Positions 29,033-38,888 of a DNA stretch of 56,571 nucleotides are shown one piece after another. Numbering within the stretch: position 1 is the first letter of the stretch; every line of letters begins with the position of its first letter. The position numbers and the translations under genes were made by a program. The stretch lies in IMG/VR virus record IMGVR_UViG_3300032214_000909, positions 1 through 56,571 of that record; one strand, given 5' to 3'. Under the pieces are notes generated by a model. That model was not told where the DNA came from, searched no databases, and saw only the letters and a list, made by a program, of their open reading frames with translations. The DNA comes from a virus (Duplodnaviria > Caudoviricetes).

Positions 29033-31641
29033 TGGTTTCTACTGACAAATTTAATTTATTACATAGTTATATCTTTAGAAAGAAGAATGTTATAATGGAC
29101 AATACATTTTCATATAAAGATAAATCTATATTATATATTTGTCAAAATGGTACTAGTGGATATGCTAATGCAGCTAAAGGGTATATATATGACTATATTA
29201 ACAAAAAAATACCTGTAAAAGCACAGTATTTTAATTGTAATGATTTAGTCAATGAAAATGATAAATTTCATCAGTATTTGAATTGTAATACGAATAAAGA
29301 TATTGAGTATAATACAATAATTGTACATTCTACTCCTGACATTTGGGATGTTGTTATAAAAAATGCTCCTGATGTTAAATTAGAAAATAAATTAGTAATT
29401 GGTAGAACGGTGTGGGAGTTTGATAAATTATTACCTTCGTGGGTTGATATTATCAATGCCAGTGTAGTAGACATAGTTAGTGTTCCTACAAGATGGAACA
29501 GAGAGTGTTTTATTAATAGTGGCGTAATAAAACCTATTATAGTAGAACCTCATGTATACATTGATTATCCCTATAAAAAAACAGGATTAAAACATTTACT
29601 TTCTAAGAGTTTAATTATATGTAAAAACGAAAGTCATCTAAATATAGAAAAATTATATAAATTTTATTGTATTGGTCAGTTGATTGAACGAAAAGGTATA
29701 ATTGAAACTGTTGATGCATATTGTAACACATTTACATCTAATGATAAGGTTGTATTGTTTGTTAAAACATTTAAGTTTAATTATACAAAAGAAGAACAAC
29801 AAAAGTGTGTTGATGAAATAGTTAATATAACAAACAAATATAATCATGCTCCTATAATTTATATTAAAGATAATTTAAATTATGATGAAATTAGAACATT
29901 ACATGATATAGGTGATTGTTATGTTCAATTAACTAAGACTGAAGGGTTTGGATTAGGAATATTTGATGCATTTAATGTTGGAAAAAAAGTAATTGTTACT
30001 GGATATGGTGGTCAAATTGAATATTTGGGTAAAGATTATAATGGATTAGTGAATTATAATTTGAAATCCTTATCTAAAAATGACAGTGTATTTTTTCAAT
30101 TTAAATTGAACGAATCGTATTTATGGGCAGAGCCAAATAAAACGCATGCTAGTAAGTTATTACGATCTTCTTTGGATATTAAAAATGAATTAGAATTGAT
30201 AAATTTCGGTGAAGGATTTCATATTTTAGAAAATGACGGAGAACAATATAAATGGATGAGTGAACGCAATGAAATTTATATTAATGATTCAAATATTGAG
30301 AAAATTTCATTGGATTTATATAACGAAATACCATCCAATGTTTTTAATGTAATTAAAAATGATTTAACAAAGACACAATTGTCAATTCGCAACGGTAGAC
30401 AAAAAGTTGAAATTGACACTAAAAATGTAATAAAAATTGTAATTGAGTCCAATTATTTTATACCATCATTAAACAATTCAAATTCAAGTGATGATAGAAA
30501 GTTGTCGTGTAAACTTTATAATGTAATTGTAAATGATACAGTATTATCAATAGATAAAGTTGATTATATCAATGAAAGCATACGAAATATAAAGACTTCT
30601 GAAAATCATTTATTAGAATATGTAGGTGATTATGGTGAAATGAGCATTCGTATAAAAACAAATACTAATGTTGGTAAGATCAACTTAGGAGTTCAAACTT
30701 CCTTTTATTCGCATAGATCAGGATGGGACTATGTTATTAGAAATATGGGAGAATTTAACAATCCAAATGGTGTATTTTTCGATGGTTTCATAGAAAATGC
30801 ATTTAGTTGGAGAAAAAATCAGTACCTTGAAAAAAATATAATACCATATAAAGATCCTTGGATTGGATTTTTACATAATCCTCCTAATATGCCATTATGG
30901 TTTAGTGATAATAATTCATATCCTCAGACATTAATTCACGATGAACATTTTAGAGAAAGTCTGCGTAATTGCAAAGGACTATATGTTCTATCAGATTATT
31001 ATAAGAGATTTTTAAAACATTACATACCAAGTATACCAGTAAATGTACTATATCATCCAACGGAAATACCTGATGTAAAGTTCAATTTTGATAAATTTTA
31101 TAAAAACCAAAATAAAAGTATAGTTAATATTGGTTGGTGGTTAAGAAGATTAAATTCAATATTTTTATTGAACGGCGGAAATTATCAAAAAATTAGATTG
31201 ATGCCTAATAATAAGTGTAAAGACACCATATTAAGATTGACTAATATAGAAAGAGATTTATTTGGAATTCGATTAACTCAAGATCAAATAAATTCTGTAA
31301 AAATAATAGATCATTTGGAAAACAAAGAGTACGACAAACTTTTGACAGAAAACATTGTATTTTTAGATTTGTATGATACAAGTGCCAATAATGCTGTAAT
31401 TGAATGTATTGCGAGAGGTACACCATTATTAATTAATAAACACCCAGCTACAATTGAATATTTGGGAGAAGAGTATCCATTTTATTTTGATTCTTTAAAA
31501 CAAGCATCAGACAAATTAAATGATATTGATTTAATCAAATATACTCATGAATATTTAATGTCATTTGATAAACGAAAACAAATAACAATTGAATATTTCA
31601 AACAACAATTCAATGAATCGGAAATATATAAATCACTATGA
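29032..31641 (+). CDS. multidomain glycosyltransferase (GT4 + beta domain + second GT-B-like domain)
   Basis: SGYA, TVWE, RKG, TEGFGL in the N-half; SANNAVIECIARGTP in the C-terminal domain. Confidence 0.75.
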   Translation: MVSTDKFNLLHSYIFRKKNVIMDNTFSYKDKSILYICQNGTSGYANAAKGYIYDYINKKIPVKAQYFNCNDLVNENDKFHQYLNCNTNKDIEYNTIIVHSTPDIWDVVIKNAPDVKLENKLVIGRTVWEFDKLLPSWVDIINASVVDIVSVPTRWNRECFINSGVIKPIIVEPHVYIDYPYKKTGLKHLLSKSLIICKNESHLNIEKLYKFYCIGQLIERKGIIETVDAYCNTFTSNDKVVLFVKTFKFNYTKEEQQKCVDEIVNITNKYNHAPIIYIKDNLNYDEIRTLHDIGDCYVQLTKTEGFGLGIFDAFNVGKKVIVTGYGGQIEYLGKDYNGLVNYNLKSLSKNDSVFFQFKLNESYLWAEPNKTHASKLLRSSLDIKNELELINFGEGFHILENDGEQYKWMSERNEIYINDSNIEKISLDLYNEIPSNVFNVIKNDLTKTQLSIRNGRQKVEIDTKNVIKIVIESNYFIPSLNNSNSSDDRKLSCKLYNVIVNDTVLSIDKVDYINESIRNIKTSENHLLEYVGDYGEMSIRIKTNTNVGKINLGVQTSFYSHRSGWDYVIRNMGEFNNPNGVFFDGFIENAFSWRKNQYLEKNIIPYKDPWIGFLHNPPNMPLWFSDNNSYPQTLIHDEHFRESLRNCKGLYVLSDYYKRFLKHYIPSIPVNVLYHPTEIPDVKFNFDKFYKNQNKSIVNIGWWLRRLNSIFLLNGGNYQKIRLMPNNKCKDTILRLTNIERDLFGIRLTQDQINSVKIIDHLENKEYDKLLTENIVFLDLYDTSANNAVIECIARGTPLLINKHPATIEYLGEEYPFYFDSLKQASDKLNDIDLIKYTHEYLMSFDKRKQITIEYFKQQFNESEIYKSL

Positions 31642-32624
31642 GTTTAAAAAAACAAAAATATATGAATAAATATATTATTACAGAAAGACGGGGGGGATTA
31701 GGAGATATTTTTGCTACATTTATAGGAACATGGATATTAGCTAAATATAGTAACAGAGAAGTAATAATAGATTGGAGACGAAATCCTTATAATTGGTATT
31801 GTGGGAATAACATAAAACAAAAACTTTCTGGTGCATATGTTCCTATCAATTCTTTTTTGACAATATTTGATGTTCCTACAACTTTGTGTGGAGTAAATTT
31901 TTATTTGCCTGAACATATATCTGAATATGGAGTAAGAAATAACGAAAATAATTTTTGGGAATATAATGATTTACAACTTTTATCTCAAAATAGTTCTAAC
32001 ATAGAAGAATCAAATTCTATTTTATTTTCTGATGACATTTTTATTAGAAACGAAATACGATTTGGTACATTATGCACCGGCAGTCCAATTAATATGAATT
32101 TAGAATCGTATTTTGATGAAAAAATAAAGATTAACGACTTTTTTGAGCACATTAAAATAAATCAATTTATTTCGTCTAAAATAAAATTTTATGAAAATTT
32201 ATTTCTCAATAAGAAAGTTTGTGGAATTCACATAAGACATGGCAATAATACAGAAGTAACAAATCCTTTGAGGTATCCAAATTGGATTAGTGATGATGAT
32301 TTAATTAAAAATATAAAAAGAGAAATTAAGCAGTTTTGCGAAGATGAATATTATTTTTTCATTTGTACTGATACAGAGAAAATAAATAATTTGATATTAA
32401 AGGAAATTCCTAATTCTTTTAGTTTAAGTAAAGAGTATTCTTATGAAAAAGAAAATTGTTTATTGTTAAATGATAGAATAAATCCGATATCTTCATTTCA
32501 ACAAGCATTTTTAGATATGTATTTTCTCACTAAATGTTCTAAATTGTTATATACAAGAGAAAGTGTATTTACATTAATTCCTCAATATTATTATAACATT
32601 AAAGATAAAAAATCTATTTTTTAA
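31638..32624 (+). CDS. NodZ/GT23-like fucosyltransferase
   Basis: GGLGD, IIDWR, GIHIRHGN, FICTD, AFLDMYFLTKC, SVF. Confidence 0.75.
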   Translation: MSLKKQKYMNKYIITERRGGLGDIFATFIGTWILAKYSNREVIIDWRRNPYNWYCGNNIKQKLSGAYVPINSFLTIFDVPTTLCGVNFYLPEHISEYGVRNNENNFWEYNDLQLLSQNSSNIEESNSILFSDDIFIRNEIRFGTLCTGSPINMNLESYFDEKIKINDFFEHIKINQFISSKIKFYENLFLNKKVCGIHIRHGNNTEVTNPLRYPNWISDDDLIKNIKREIKQFCEDEYYFFICTDTEKINNLILKEIPNSFSLSKEYSYEKENCLLLNDRINPISSFQQAFLDMYFLTKCSKLLYTRESVFTLIPQYYYNIKDKKSIF

Positions 32625-32625
32625 T

Positions 32626-33636
32626 ATGTTTGAGATAAAATATAAAATTGAAAGTGATATAACACTTCATTCGTTTGAATTAAAAAATATACATCTTTTT
32701 TTTCATAATCATCCTGCGTTTATAGAAATATTAAAAGAAAATACAGATTTAACTTATTTGTTAAGAAGACAGTATTGGATAGATAATAAAAAACCAAATT
32801 ATAAAGATAGTAATATCAAATATGATAGAGAAACAATTAGAATAGAACATCCTTCTTTTTTTCTATTTGATGATTATTATGGAAATTATTTACATTATTT
32901 TGTAGAAACATTTCCAAAGATAAATTATTTTCTACAAATAAAAGAAAAAATACCAAATATAAAATTAACAATTCCTAATTTTATATGGGATATGTGTTTT
33001 ATAAAAGAATCGATTTTGATGTATCTTGATAATGATATCAGTGATGTCGTTGTATTAGATAATAATAAAAATTATATTTTTGACATATTACTTATACCAA
33101 ATAATATATACTTATGGCCTGATAAGTTTACTTTTTCAAATATCATATTCGATAGTTTTAAAAAATTAAGTGATAAAGTCTCGGTTGATGAGGAAAAAAC
33201 AGGTGTTTATATATCAAGACAAGACACAATTAAGGCTGGTTGGTGGCATAAAAGACATTTAGTAAATGAATTAGAATTAATTGAAAATGTTAAAAATAAT
33301 TTAAATTATGATATTGTTGAACTTTATTATTTGAATTTACATGATAAAATTAAAATTTTCAAAACATATAAAAATATACTGCAGATTAGTGGCGCTGGAA
33401 TGATTAATTTATTGGCTTGTAAACCATTAACAAATTTTCATATTATTTCTCATCCGTTATATAAATGGTCGGATATTATCTTAAAAATAACGGCGGAAAA
33501 ATTAAATATAAATTTTTATGAATATGATTCTGCGAAAGTTATTTATGAAACTGACGAAATTTTAGGGGATCAGAGTAATCGTCCGTGGAAATTAGAAAAC
33601 ATGGAAAAAATAATATCAAAAATAAAAACTATATGA
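32626..33636 (+). CDS. glycosyltransferase family 61-like (DUF563)
   Basis: NYLHYFVETFP, YISR, RHLVNE, GAGMIN. Confidence 0.75.
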   Translation: MFEIKYKIESDITLHSFELKNIHLFFHNHPAFIEILKENTDLTYLLRRQYWIDNKKPNYKDSNIKYDRETIRIEHPSFFLFDDYYGNYLHYFVETFPKINYFLQIKEKIPNIKLTIPNFIWDMCFIKESILMYLDNDISDVVVLDNNKNYIFDILLIPNNIYLWPDKFTFSNIIFDSFKKLSDKVSVDEEKTGVYISRQDTIKAGWWHKRHLVNELELIENVKNNLNYDIVELYYLNLHDKIKIFKTYKNILQISGAGMINLLACKPLTNFHIISHPLYKWSDIILKITAEKLNINFYEYDSAKVIYETDEILGDQSNRPWKLENMEKIISKIKTI

Positions 33637-34619
33637 ATGATTTAAATGACAGAATAAAACTTAAAGGAGGTTCTTTAAGCGGTGTTTATCTTGTAAATGC
33701 CGACGGATTTAGATTTGTAAGAAAAGAAGTTTCATTGATTGAAAATAGAGAATATGGATTTCAAAGATGGTATTCACAATTAAAAAAAATTCAACGATTT
33801 AATAATTTATTTCCTGACTTTTTTCCTGAATTGTTATCATACGGAATTGAAGGTGATATTGCGTATTTTGATATGCAATATTTAGATAATGCAATTTCAG
33901 CGCATAAATTTATTTGTAATACAACTGATGTAAGAAAAATTGAAATATTTTTTGAAAAATTAATATCTTCAATGAATCAAATCCATTCTTTGAAATTTAA
34001 ATCAAATGCAAGTTCTTTGAATTTATATATTAGAGAAGAAGTTACGCAAAAATTAAATGATGTATATAATGATTACATTTTTTCTAATTTTTTAAAATAT
34101 AATTATTTAATAGTAAATGACATTGAAATTAAACCATTTTGTTATGATATAGAACGATATAAAGATTTGTTTAATAAAGTTTATAAAAATCCATTTGAAT
34201 GTTTTACCCACGGAAACATTACTTTAGAGAATTTATTATATGACGAATTTGAAAATAAATTGTATTTTATAGATCCATATGAAGAAAATATTATAGATTC
34301 ACCATTAACAGAATATTCACAAATTTTTCAATCTTCAAATTCTAAGTATGAAATTTATAATGAATTAGATATTAAAATTGAGAATAACATTCTAAATATA
34401 GACAATCAATTCAATTTTGGATTGGATTATTTTAATAATTTATTTAAAAAACATTTAGTTGATGAATTAACAAGCGATCAATATATTAGTGTAAATTTAT
34501 TTGAAATCTCTCAATTTATTAGAATGTTGCCTTTTAAGAAAGAAATTGATAAGAATAAAATGTTGTTCTTCTATGTATTAGCATCGAAATTATTTAATGA
34601 TATTAAAATTTCTATATGA
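33633..34619 (+). CDS. APH/choline-kinase-fold phosphotransferase
   Basis: GGS loop, VRK, HGNITLEN (HGDxxxxN-like), FIDP; start moved to ATG 33633. Confidence 0.65.
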   Translation: MNDLNDRIKLKGGSLSGVYLVNADGFRFVRKEVSLIENREYGFQRWYSQLKKIQRFNNLFPDFFPELLSYGIEGDIAYFDMQYLDNAISAHKFICNTTDVRKIEIFFEKLISSMNQIHSLKFKSNASSLNLYIREEVTQKLNDVYNDYIFSNFLKYNYLIVNDIEIKPFCYDIERYKDLFNKVYKNPFECFTHGNITLENLLYDEFENKLYFIDPYEENIIDSPLTEYSQIFQSSNSKYEIYNELDIKIENNILNIDNQFNFGLDYFNNLFKKHLVDELTSDQYISVNLFEISQFIRMLPFKKEIDKNKMLFFYVLASKLFNDIKISI

Positions 34620-35734
34620 CAGAATATACAATTAATACATCGATTCCAATAAATTATAAAATCAAAAATTGTAAAAATATTTTTGATGTTAATAATTCGG
34701 ATTTACTTTATTCAAATTCAGATGTCTATTCAAATAAAAGATTAATTATAGTAGACGAAAAAATATATAAATTATACGGCAATCAAATAAAAAAATATTT
34801 TGATGTTAAAAATATTTATCATAAAATAATAGTAATAGAATCGGAAGAAATTTATAAAACAGATGATAAACTAATATGGTTATTAGAAGAGATTGAAAAT
34901 TTTAATTTAAATAGAAGAAATGAACCAATAATATGCATTGGTGGAGGCGTAACATTAGATATAGTTGGTCTCGCATCATCAATGTATCGTCGTGGCGTTC
35001 CTTACATAAGAGTCCCTACTACTTTATTAGGAATTGTAGATGTATCCGTTGCTGCTAAAACCGCAGTCAATTTTAAAAATAGAAGAAATAGATTGGGTTC
35101 ATATTATCCTCCGATTTTAAGTTTGATAGATAAATCTTTTATATATACTCAAAACTTAACCGATATTAGTTCAGGTATGGGAGAAATCTTAAAAATGGCA
35201 GTTATAAAAAATTATGATTTGTTTGAAATATTGGAAAAATATGGTAATGATTTATTGTTGAATAAATTTCATCATGAATTTGCAGATCAAACAATTGATT
35301 TATCAATAAAAGGAATGATAGAAGAACTTGAAAACAATTTATGGGAAAAAGATTTAAAGAGATTGGTTGATTTTGGACATACATTTAGTCCTATAATTGA
35401 AATGAGATCGTTAGGAACAGATTGTGAATTAAAACATGGACAAGCAGTTACGTTGGATGTAATATTTTCTTCTATAATTTCTTATAAAAGAAACTATCTT
35501 TCTTATGAAAGTTTAATTAGAATAATCAATACCGCAAAAAATATTGGATTGCCTACAAAACATGATTATTTTTTCAATTTTTCGTTTTTAATCGAATCAT
35601 TAAACGATGCTATAAAACACAGAAATGGCAGTCAAAATATTCCAATTCCATTGAAAATCGGCGAAGGAGATTTTTTAAATGATTTAACAGAATCAGAAAT
35701 AAATGATGCAATTAAATTTTATAAAACATTATGA
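34616..35734 (+). CDS. sedoheptulose 7-phosphate cyclase (2-epi-5-epi-valiolone synthase-like; DHQS superfamily)
   Basis: GGGVTLD, YRRGVPYIRVPTTL, NRLGSY, GEILKMA, MIEELENNLWE, LVDFGHTFSP, HGQAV. Confidence 0.85.
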   Translation: MTEYTINTSIPINYKIKNCKNIFDVNNSDLLYSNSDVYSNKRLIIVDEKIYKLYGNQIKKYFDVKNIYHKIIVIESEEIYKTDDKLIWLLEEIENFNLNRRNEPIICIGGGVTLDIVGLASSMYRRGVPYIRVPTTLLGIVDVSVAAKTAVNFKNRRNRLGSYYPPILSLIDKSFIYTQNLTDISSGMGEILKMAVIKNYDLFEILEKYGNDLLLNKFHHEFADQTIDLSIKGMIEELENNLWEKDLKRLVDFGHTFSPIIEMRSLGTDCELKHGQAVTLDVIFSSIISYKRNYLSYESLIRIINTAKNIGLPTKHDYFFNFSFLIESLNDAIKHRNGSQNIPIPLKIGEGDFLNDLTESEINDAIKFYKTL

Positions 35735-36408
35735 AAAAAACAGTTATTATTACAGGTACAAGTAGTGGTGTCGGAAAACAATGTGTTGAAAAGTTTTTAA
35801 ATAAAAATTGGAACGTTATTGGATTATCAAGAACAAATGTAGATTTTTATAATAAAAATTATTTTCATGTTCAAACTGATATAAAAGATCCACGATCAAT
35901 TAAAAATTCATTTGATGTTATTTCAGAAAAATATAAATCAATTGATTTATTGATTAATAATGCTGCAATTTTTAAAATGAAACCATTGATTGAATTCAAC
36001 GAAGATGAAATTAATGATATCATTGATACTAATCTTAAAGGAACAATATTTTGTACATTAAATACTCTTAAAATTATGAATAGGGGTAGAATTATTAATA
36101 TAAGTTCGGTATCAGGAACACATGGTATAGAAAATCAATCGGTTTATAGTTCAACAAAATATGCATTAAATGGATTTGCAGAATCTTTAAATCAAGAATT
36201 AATTAAAAAGAATATATTGATAAGCACAATATGCCCTGGGGGGATTAATACTCCTTTATGGAATGATAAAAATCAATATCCAGGTAGTGACACAAATAAA
36301 ATATTAAATCCTGATGATATAGTAAATATGATTGAATATATTGTTGATTTACCCGAAAATGTTGTTTTAAAGAATGTAATTTTGTTTCCAACTTGTGAAT
36401 GGCATTAA
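35731..36408 (+). CDS. classical SDR oxidoreductase
   Basis: TGTSSGVG, LINNAA, NISS, YSSTK, PGGINT. Confidence 0.9.
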   Translation: MKKTVIITGTSSGVGKQCVEKFLNKNWNVIGLSRTNVDFYNKNYFHVQTDIKDPRSIKNSFDVISEKYKSIDLLINNAAIFKMKPLIEFNEDEINDIIDTNLKGTIFCTLNTLKIMNRGRIINISSVSGTHGIENQSVYSSTKYALNGFAESLNQELIKKNILISTICPGGINTPLWNDKNQYPGSDTNKILNPDDIVNMIEYIVDLPENVVLKNVILFPTCEWH

Positions 36409-36412
36409 AAAT

Positions 36413-37120
36413 ATGAATCTAATACTAACAATGGCAGGTAAATACTCTAGGTTTGTAAATGAAGGATATAAAATTCCTAAATATTTATTGCCTTGGTCAA
36501 ATCATACAATATTATCTGAAATATTATTTAACATTACAAAAGATAATATATTTAAAAATATTTTTCTTGTTGCAAATAAAAATGACAAGAATTTTATACA
36601 TCAAATTTTACATACCATGAAATATTATAATATTCAAAGTGAAAATTTGATTTATATAAATGATACTAAAAGTCAATGTGAAACTGCTTTAATTTCAATA
36701 AATGAATTTAGTGATAAAATATCAAATAAAGAACCAATATGTTTTCATAATATTGACACAATATTGTATAAAAGAAATTTTGAACATGTATATGAGTGTT
36801 TAATTAAGTACGATGGTTACATTGACATATTTACATCAAACAATCACGAATATAGTTATGTATTAAAAGACCAAATGTTTGTTAGAGATATACAAGAAAA
36901 AATATTGATTTCATCAACTGCTAGTTCAGGATTTTATGGATTTGCAAATGTTGATGTATTTATTGAGAATTATGAAGACGATTACTTTAGTAAAACATAT
37001 AGAAAAATGATATCAAATAATAAAAAAGTAATCTGTGGAAATTTACATGATGAAAACGATACTTTAGTATTAGGAACACCAAAAGAGTATTTTTATTTAT
37101 CTACTAAAAATGTTTTTTAA
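36413..37120 (+). CDS. sugar-phosphate nucleotidyltransferase (NTP_transferase family)
   Basis: MAGKYSRF...GY..PK.LL, NID, EK...S..ASSG.YGF, LGTP; start moved to ATG 36413. Confidence 0.75.
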   Translation: MNLILTMAGKYSRFVNEGYKIPKYLLPWSNHTILSEILFNITKDNIFKNIFLVANKNDKNFIHQILHTMKYYNIQSENLIYINDTKSQCETALISINEFSDKISNKEPICFHNIDTILYKRNFEHVYECLIKYDGYIDIFTSNNHEYSYVLKDQMFVRDIQEKILISSTASSGFYGFANVDVFIENYEDDYFSKTYRKMISNNKKVICGNLHDENDTLVLGTPKEYFYLSTKNVF

Positions 37121-37137
37121 TATAAAAAATTTGTAAT

Positions 37138-38028
37138 ATGTATGGATCAATGAAAGTCAATCTATATTATTGGAACAATGGTGTTGGTGTAGTTAATCAT
37201 AGTAGATTGATAAAATCATTATTTTGTGAACATGATGTTATTTCATATGATATATCATCAAAAAATGAATATAGAAAGTCAGATCTTGGTATTTTTATAC
37301 AAAATATATTACCCGATGAATTATCAAATAATAAAAAAAATATATACATTGTATGTGAAGAATGGTTGACAGATTTTGAGATGTCTCATATTGATTGGTT
37401 TGATTATATATTTGTTCATTCTAATCATGCAAAAAACTTATTAAGTTTATATCATAAAAATGTAATTAACACTGGTTTTTTCAGTTTGGATAGATATTTT
37501 TTTCCAACTAATACCAAGGAATTACTACATTTAAAAGGTAAATCTATACAAAAAAATACTGAATTGGTTTGGAATTATAAAAAAGACATAAATATATTAG
37601 ATTCAAGTCATAGGTATCTATCAGAGAATGAGTTGATTCATGAATTAAACAACCATGATATTCACATATGTTGCAGTTTATATGAATCGTGGGGACATTA
37701 TTTATGGGAAGCAATGAGTTGTGGTAAATTAGTAATTTGTAGCGAAATACCTGTATTTAAAGAATATTTAAATCCCGAATTGGTTAAATTTGTACCAATT
37801 AAAAATATATATGATTTTGTTATAAATTACGAATTTTTAAATACAAAAAACTATAAATTTAGAAAAGGTTACTTTGTTGACAATTTCAAATTTAATGAGT
37901 TGTTAAACAATAAAGAAGACTTATTTGAATTTCAAAAAAGAAATAGTGACAATATTAGACAACATTTTTTAGACATAAATAAAACAAATAAACAAAAGTT
38001 TTTAGAAACGATTAAATTTATATTATGA
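37138..38028 (+). CDS. glycosyltransferase family 4-like
   Basis: NGVG, GKS.QKNT, ESWGHYLWEAMSCG. Confidence 0.75.
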   Translation: MYGSMKVNLYYWNNGVGVVNHSRLIKSLFCEHDVISYDISSKNEYRKSDLGIFIQNILPDELSNNKKNIYIVCEEWLTDFEMSHIDWFDYIFVHSNHAKNLLSLYHKNVINTGFFSLDRYFFPTNTKELLHLKGKSIQKNTELVWNYKKDINILDSSHRYLSENELIHELNNHDIHICCSLYESWGHYLWEAMSCGKLVICSEIPVFKEYLNPELVKFVPIKNIYDFVINYEFLNTKNYKFRKGYFVDNFKFNELLNNKEDLFEFQKRNSDNIRQHFLDINKTNKQKFLETIKFIL

Positions 38029-38888
38029 AAAAAAATGTCATATGTTATTTATCTAAATCGGATGATAAAACTATTAATAATTTAAAGACATCGTTGAAAA
38101 AACTTTATAGTAATTATAAATGTATATATAATAGTGACGTAATAGTTTTTATCGAAAATGATTTTTCATATGATATTATAAACGAATTAGAAAAATTATA
38201 TAACAATTTAAAATTTAAACATATTGAATTAAACTCATCTAAAAATTTTAATATTGATAATATAGAATTTGAAGACGGTAGATTAGAATTTAAAATAGGT
38301 TATAGACATATGTGTCAATTGTTTTTCAGTGAAATATATTCATATATACAAGATTATGAATGGTATATGAGACTTGATACAGACTCTTTTATTGAAAGTC
38401 CTATTGAATACGATTTATTTGATTATTTGGATAAAAACAACAAAATATATGGATATACCGCTGAATTGGCAGAATGGCCACCAGTTGTAATTGGAATGGG
38501 TGAATTTTTTATCAATTTGGTTAGAAAACATAATCTTAAATTGACTTTTTTTAATAAGTTAATAGAAAATGATCGTTATAATCTTAGACAAATTTATAAT
38601 AATTTTGAAATAATTAAAGTTTCTTATTTTGAAAATGAATTGGTACAATTGTTAGTAAATGAAATAAATAAAAGTGGAAATATATATAAAAAAAGATGGG
38701 GTGATTCCCCGTTGAGAACTTTTGTGTTATCATTGACAGTTGATAGTTCTGAAATACATAAATTTAATGATTTTGATTATATGCATAGTGCTTATAATAG
38801 AATAAACGGTATAGAACTTTGCAGTTATAGTGGTTATCAACAAGATTTATTTCAACAATGGAAAAAAGAAGGATGGTTAAATAAATGA
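38025..38888 (+). CDS. glycosyltransferase family 15-like (Kre2/Mnt1 mannosyltransferase)
   Basis: GYRHMC, YEWYMRLD, YNNFEI, RWGDSP match GT15 hallmarks. Confidence 0.8.
   Translation: MKKNVICYLSKSDDKTINNLKTSLKKLYSNYKCIYNSDVIVFIENDFSYDIINELEKLYNNLKFKHIELNSSKNFNIDNIEFEDGRLEFKIGYRHMCQLFFSEIYSYIQDYEWYMRLDTDSFIESPIEYDLFDYLDKNNKIYGYTAELAEWPPVVIGMGEFFINLVRKHNLKLTFFNKLIENDRYNLRQIYNNFEIIKVSYFENELVQLLVNEINKSGNIYKKRWGDSPLRTFVLSLTVDSSEIHKFNDFDYMHSAYNRINGIELCSYSGYQQDLFQQWKKEGWLNK

Noticed and set aside
34616-35734. Annotation as shikimate AroB, or as a mycosporine/gadusol sunscreen pathway
   Set aside because: Signature residues fit EEVS rather than DHQS or DDGS, and there is no adjacent O-methyltransferase/ATP-grasp or MT-Ox gene; neighbours are sugar-activation enzymes
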